A stretch of DNA of 64,000 nt from Oscillospiraceae bacterium (GTDB lineage: Bacteria; Bacillota; Clostridia; Oscillospirales; CAG-272): contig SVQY01000008.1 in the NCBI GenBank assembly GCA_015065135.1, positions 1,264 through 65,263 of the forward strand, given 5' to 3'. The notes beneath the pieces were generated by a model that made no database searches, was not told where the DNA came from, and saw only the letters and a program-made list of their open reading frames with translations. Shown here one piece after another: positions 62,168 through 64,000 of this stretch; positions within the stretch are counted from its first letter, which is position 1, and every line of letters begins with the position of its first letter. The position numbers were made by a program, and so were the translations under genes.

Positions 62168-63454
62168 TCAAAGCAGCCATTGGAAGGCAGCCAGGCCGCC
62201 GTAGGCAATGGCGGTCACGACGACACCGGCGATCAGCACGCCGATAAAGCAGGAAAGCAGCGCCTTCCAGAACTTCATATTGATCACCGCGGCGACCAGC
62301 GAGCCAGTCCAGGCACCGGTGACGGGCAGCGGCACCGCCACAAAGAGACACACACCCCAGAAGGAGTATTTTTCGATCTTGGCGCGGTTCTTTTCGGCCT
62401 TGGCAAGCAACCAACCGGCAAAGCGGTTAAAGAGCTTTACGCGGCATTTTTCCATCCAGGCAATGATCTTGGTGATAAAGAGCAGGATGAAGGGCACGGG
62501 GATCATATTGCCCAGCACGGCGAACAGAAAGCTCTGCCACCACGGCATCCCCAACGCCATGCCGAGTGGGATCGCGCCGCGCAGCTCGATGATGGGCAGC
62601 ATCGAGCAGATGATCACGCCCAGCTCGCGCCCCAGCTTATCCACAAGGAAGCTTTCAATAGCCGAAACAACGGTACTGAGCGAGAAGCCGCCCTCGTCCT
62701 TGACAAAGCTACCTCCTATGACCTTGAAGATCAGCACCGCAGCGCCGACGATCAGCGCAAGCGCTGCCAGGGTCACCCAAAGGCTGGTGAGCTTTTTCTT
62801 TTTCGGAGCCTCCGCAACGATCGGATTTTCGCACGCTTCGGTCTCGCTGCTCGTTGCGATCGCCGCGGCCTCGAGCTGCGGCTTTTCGCTGCCCGGCAGG
62901 ATGCGAAGCTTGCGCAGCGCACGGGAAAGCGGCTTATAGAGCAGCAGAACGCCGCCCACATTGAACATCGCCTTGAGGCTATTGAAGGGCAGCAGCAGCG
63001 CCGGGATCATACCTCGCACGTCTGCAATACTGACGTTCAGGAACAGAGGGGTGATCACCAGATTGGCCAGCAGCATCACCGCGACCATCAGGCAAGCGCC
63101 GGTGATCAGGCCAAGCACGGCACCCCAGAGCGTTTTTTTCCATTTATAGAACAGGGCTACGGTCACCGAAAAAGAAACCGATCCCAGAATGTTCATGATC
63201 AGACCGTATGCGCCGGTATCGCTGACCGTGATCAGCTCCAGCAAGGGCACCAGCACCGAAATGATCAGCGCCGCCAGCGGCCCCCAGAAGAGACCACAAA
63301 GAGCGATCACCGTATCCTTGACGTCCATCGTCAGCATCGGCGGCACCTTGATGCGGATCAAAAGCGTGGTGACAAAGGCCATCGCCATAAACATGGCGAC
63401 CATCACCATATAGCGGATCCGCTCGCTTTGTGTGCTTTTTCTTCTTGATTGCAT
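62168..63454 (-). CDS. fusion protein: ECF-transporter S component (RibU-like riboflavin binder) + COG2426/small-multidrug-export-like membrane domain
   Basis: ATG at 63454 after AAAGGAGAG. Residues 1-183 look like an ECF S-component; 184-221 form a Pro/Ala/Glu/Lys linker; residues ~275-428 contain LPIIELRGAIPLGMALGMPWW..., typical of PF06695-like proteins. No stop codon between the parts. Confidence 0.65.
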   Translation of the reverse strand: MQSRRKSTQSERIRYMVMVAMFMAMAFVTTLLIRIKVPPMLTMDVKDTVIALCGLFWGPLAALIISVLVPLLELITVSDTGAYGLIMNILGSVSFSVTVALFYKWKKTLWGAVLGLITGACLMVAVMLLANLVITPLFLNVSIADVRGMIPALLLPFNSLKAMFNVGGVLLLYKPLSRALRKLRILPGSEKPQLEAAAIATSSETEACENPIVAEAPKKKKLTSLWVTLAALALIVGAAVLIFKVIGGSFVKDEGGFSLSTVVSAIESFLVDKLGRELGVIICSMLPIIELRGAIPLGMALGMPWWQSFLFAVLGNMIPVPFILLFITKIIAWMEKCRVKLFNRFAGWLLAKAEKNRAKIEKYSFWGVCLFVAVPLPVTGAWTGSLVAAVINMKFWKALLSCFIGVLIAGVVVTAIAYGGLAAFQWLL

Positions 63455-63489
63455 AATACTCTCCTTTCTTGCAAGGAAAGAAGTACCGA

Positions 63490-63716
63490 TAAAAAAATTC
63501 CGACGCTTCCCTGCACGCGCAGAAAAGGGTCGGAGACGACAAAAACACCTTTGTCTTGTCACAAAAGCGGTACATCTTCTCTCATCCGGACTATATGCAA
63601 GGCAAACGCCTCGCGCAACCGTCGGTTCGGGAGTTTCACCCGATCGGCGTCGGTTTTTTTCACCAACGTTCGCAGACTTTACTGCCGGTATGGAATTACA
63701 CCAATCCCCGAAAATG
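63490..63716 (-). ncRNA. FMN riboswitch (RFN element) with terminator
   Basis: The minus strand reads TTCGGGGATTGGTGTAATTCCATACCGGCAGTAAAGTCTGCGA...GATCGGGTGAAACTCCCGAACCGACGGT...ATAGTCCGGATGAGAGAAG, then stem CCGACCCTTTT...GGAAGCGTCGG + AATTTTTTT (63491-63533). Confidence 0.85.
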
Positions 63717-63742
63717 ATATATTGAATTGATTGAATTGTAAA

Positions 63743-63766
63743 ATCCCCGCCGCCGCGAGGGCGACG
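63743..63766. repeat. copy of the 24-nt sequence ATCCCCGCCGCCGCGAGGGCGACG (partial duplicate of the tuf terminator)
   Basis: Identical 24-mer at 63841-63864, 98 bp away. Confidence 0.8.
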
Positions 63767-63835
63767 TACAGGGTCAGACAGCAAGAACACGATATTTGTT
63801 CTTCCTATCCTCAAAAAGTGCGAGCAAAGTTTATG

Positions 63836-63870
63836 GAAAGATCCCCGCCGCCGCGAGGGCGACGGGGATC
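63836..63870 (-). terminator. terminator after tuf
   Basis: Minus strand: GATCCCCGTCGCC-CTCGC-GGCGGCGGGGATC followed by TTTCC. Confidence 0.65.
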
Positions 63871-63904
63871 TTTGTTTATAAGATCAGTTAATTTCGTTCA
63901 GAAA

Positions 63905-64000
63905 TTACTCAATGATCTTAGCAACAGCGCCGGAACCAACGGTACGGCCGCCCTCACGGATTGCGAAACGCAGACCCTCCTCGCAAGCGATGGGGGTGAT
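63905..64000 (-). CDS. tuf: elongation factor Tu, C-terminal fragment (gene continues beyond the window)
   Basis: The minus strand translates to [31 protein letters not shown], the conserved EF-Tu C-terminus. Confidence 0.9.
   Translation of the reverse strand: MTPIACEEGLRFAIREGGRTVGSGAVAKIIE

Noticed and set aside
62168-63814. ORF-track version of the RibU-fusion gene, extended 120 codons upstream
   Set aside because: The extension would translate straight through the FMN riboswitch and its terminator. An ATG at 63454 with a strong AAAGGAGAG RBS is the credible start. The same logic trims other ORFs: 7199->7391, 18824-20791->20653, 54815-56428->56245, 26956-28242->28188, 5164-6165->6009 and 60402-60914->60701.
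1-64000. Search for mobile elements, prophage, toxin-antitoxin, restriction-modification, CRISPR-Cas, retron/DGR reverse transcriptases, rRNA and tRNA genes
   Set aside because: No translated ORF shows transposase (DDE), integrase (tyrosine or serine recombinase), reverse-transcriptase (YxDD), Cas, methyltransferase or phage structural signatures. No intergenic region is long enough or shaped like tRNA or rRNA. The only compositional island is the LRR gene body.

Overview
High-GC (roughly 58-60% by eye) Clostridia-type chromosomal segment. Supporting marks are the sporulation genes yqfC/yqfD/ylbJ, SAM-I and FMN riboswitches, and Firmicute-style TTGACA-17-TATAAT promoters with GGAGG ribosome-binding sites. 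I call about 57 protein-coding genes and found no rRNA, tRNA, CRISPR array, transposase, integrase or recognisable defence gene.

The right half is mostly housekeeping: gpmI, ackA, tmcAL, malic enzyme, prs-like, mutS2, recO-era-ybeY-phoH-yqfD-yqfC, ylbJ, pepD, an mreB-like gene, comF-recD2, metK and the 3' end of tuf. The left half and several islands are accessory carbohydrate metabolism:
- A uxuA/uxuB operon extended by two xylose-isomerase-like TIM-barrel genes, a Gfo/Idh/MocA oxidoreductase and a GH20-like gene, with a divergent AraC regulator followed by two PHP genes.
- A mini polysaccharide locus: GT8, a large polytopic membrane protein, DUF4422, a Wzx-like flippase and an FAD oxidoreductase.
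- Signal-peptide-less glycoside hydrolases: GH127, GH78-like, GH39-like, GH36 and a BNR/sialidase-fold protein.

The most interesting candidate is an AraC-controlled operon at 29.5-34.6 kb. It encodes a DMT transporter, a 739-aa glycyl-radical enzyme and an aldo-keto reductase. The enzyme has a canonical C-terminal RVTGYS glycine motif but an atypical GCNWP cysteine loop, and no radical-SAM activase is present in the 64 kb.

Other items worth follow-up:
- The TIM/TIM/Gfo triad fused to the uxuAB operon, where uxaC is absent.
- An FMN-riboswitch-controlled in-frame fusion of a RibU-like ECF S-component to a COG2426-type membrane domain.
- A compositionally mosaic LRR lipoprotein gene.
- Several structured or repeated intergenic elements: an ATATCGC-spaced mini-hairpin array, a 3 x 22 bp tandem repeat at the malic-enzyme promoter, and a hairpin-bounded 260-bp element.
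- A recurrent AACGGTAT-type motif at gene boundaries.

All family assignments rest on motif recognition in the supplied translations. No database search was run.
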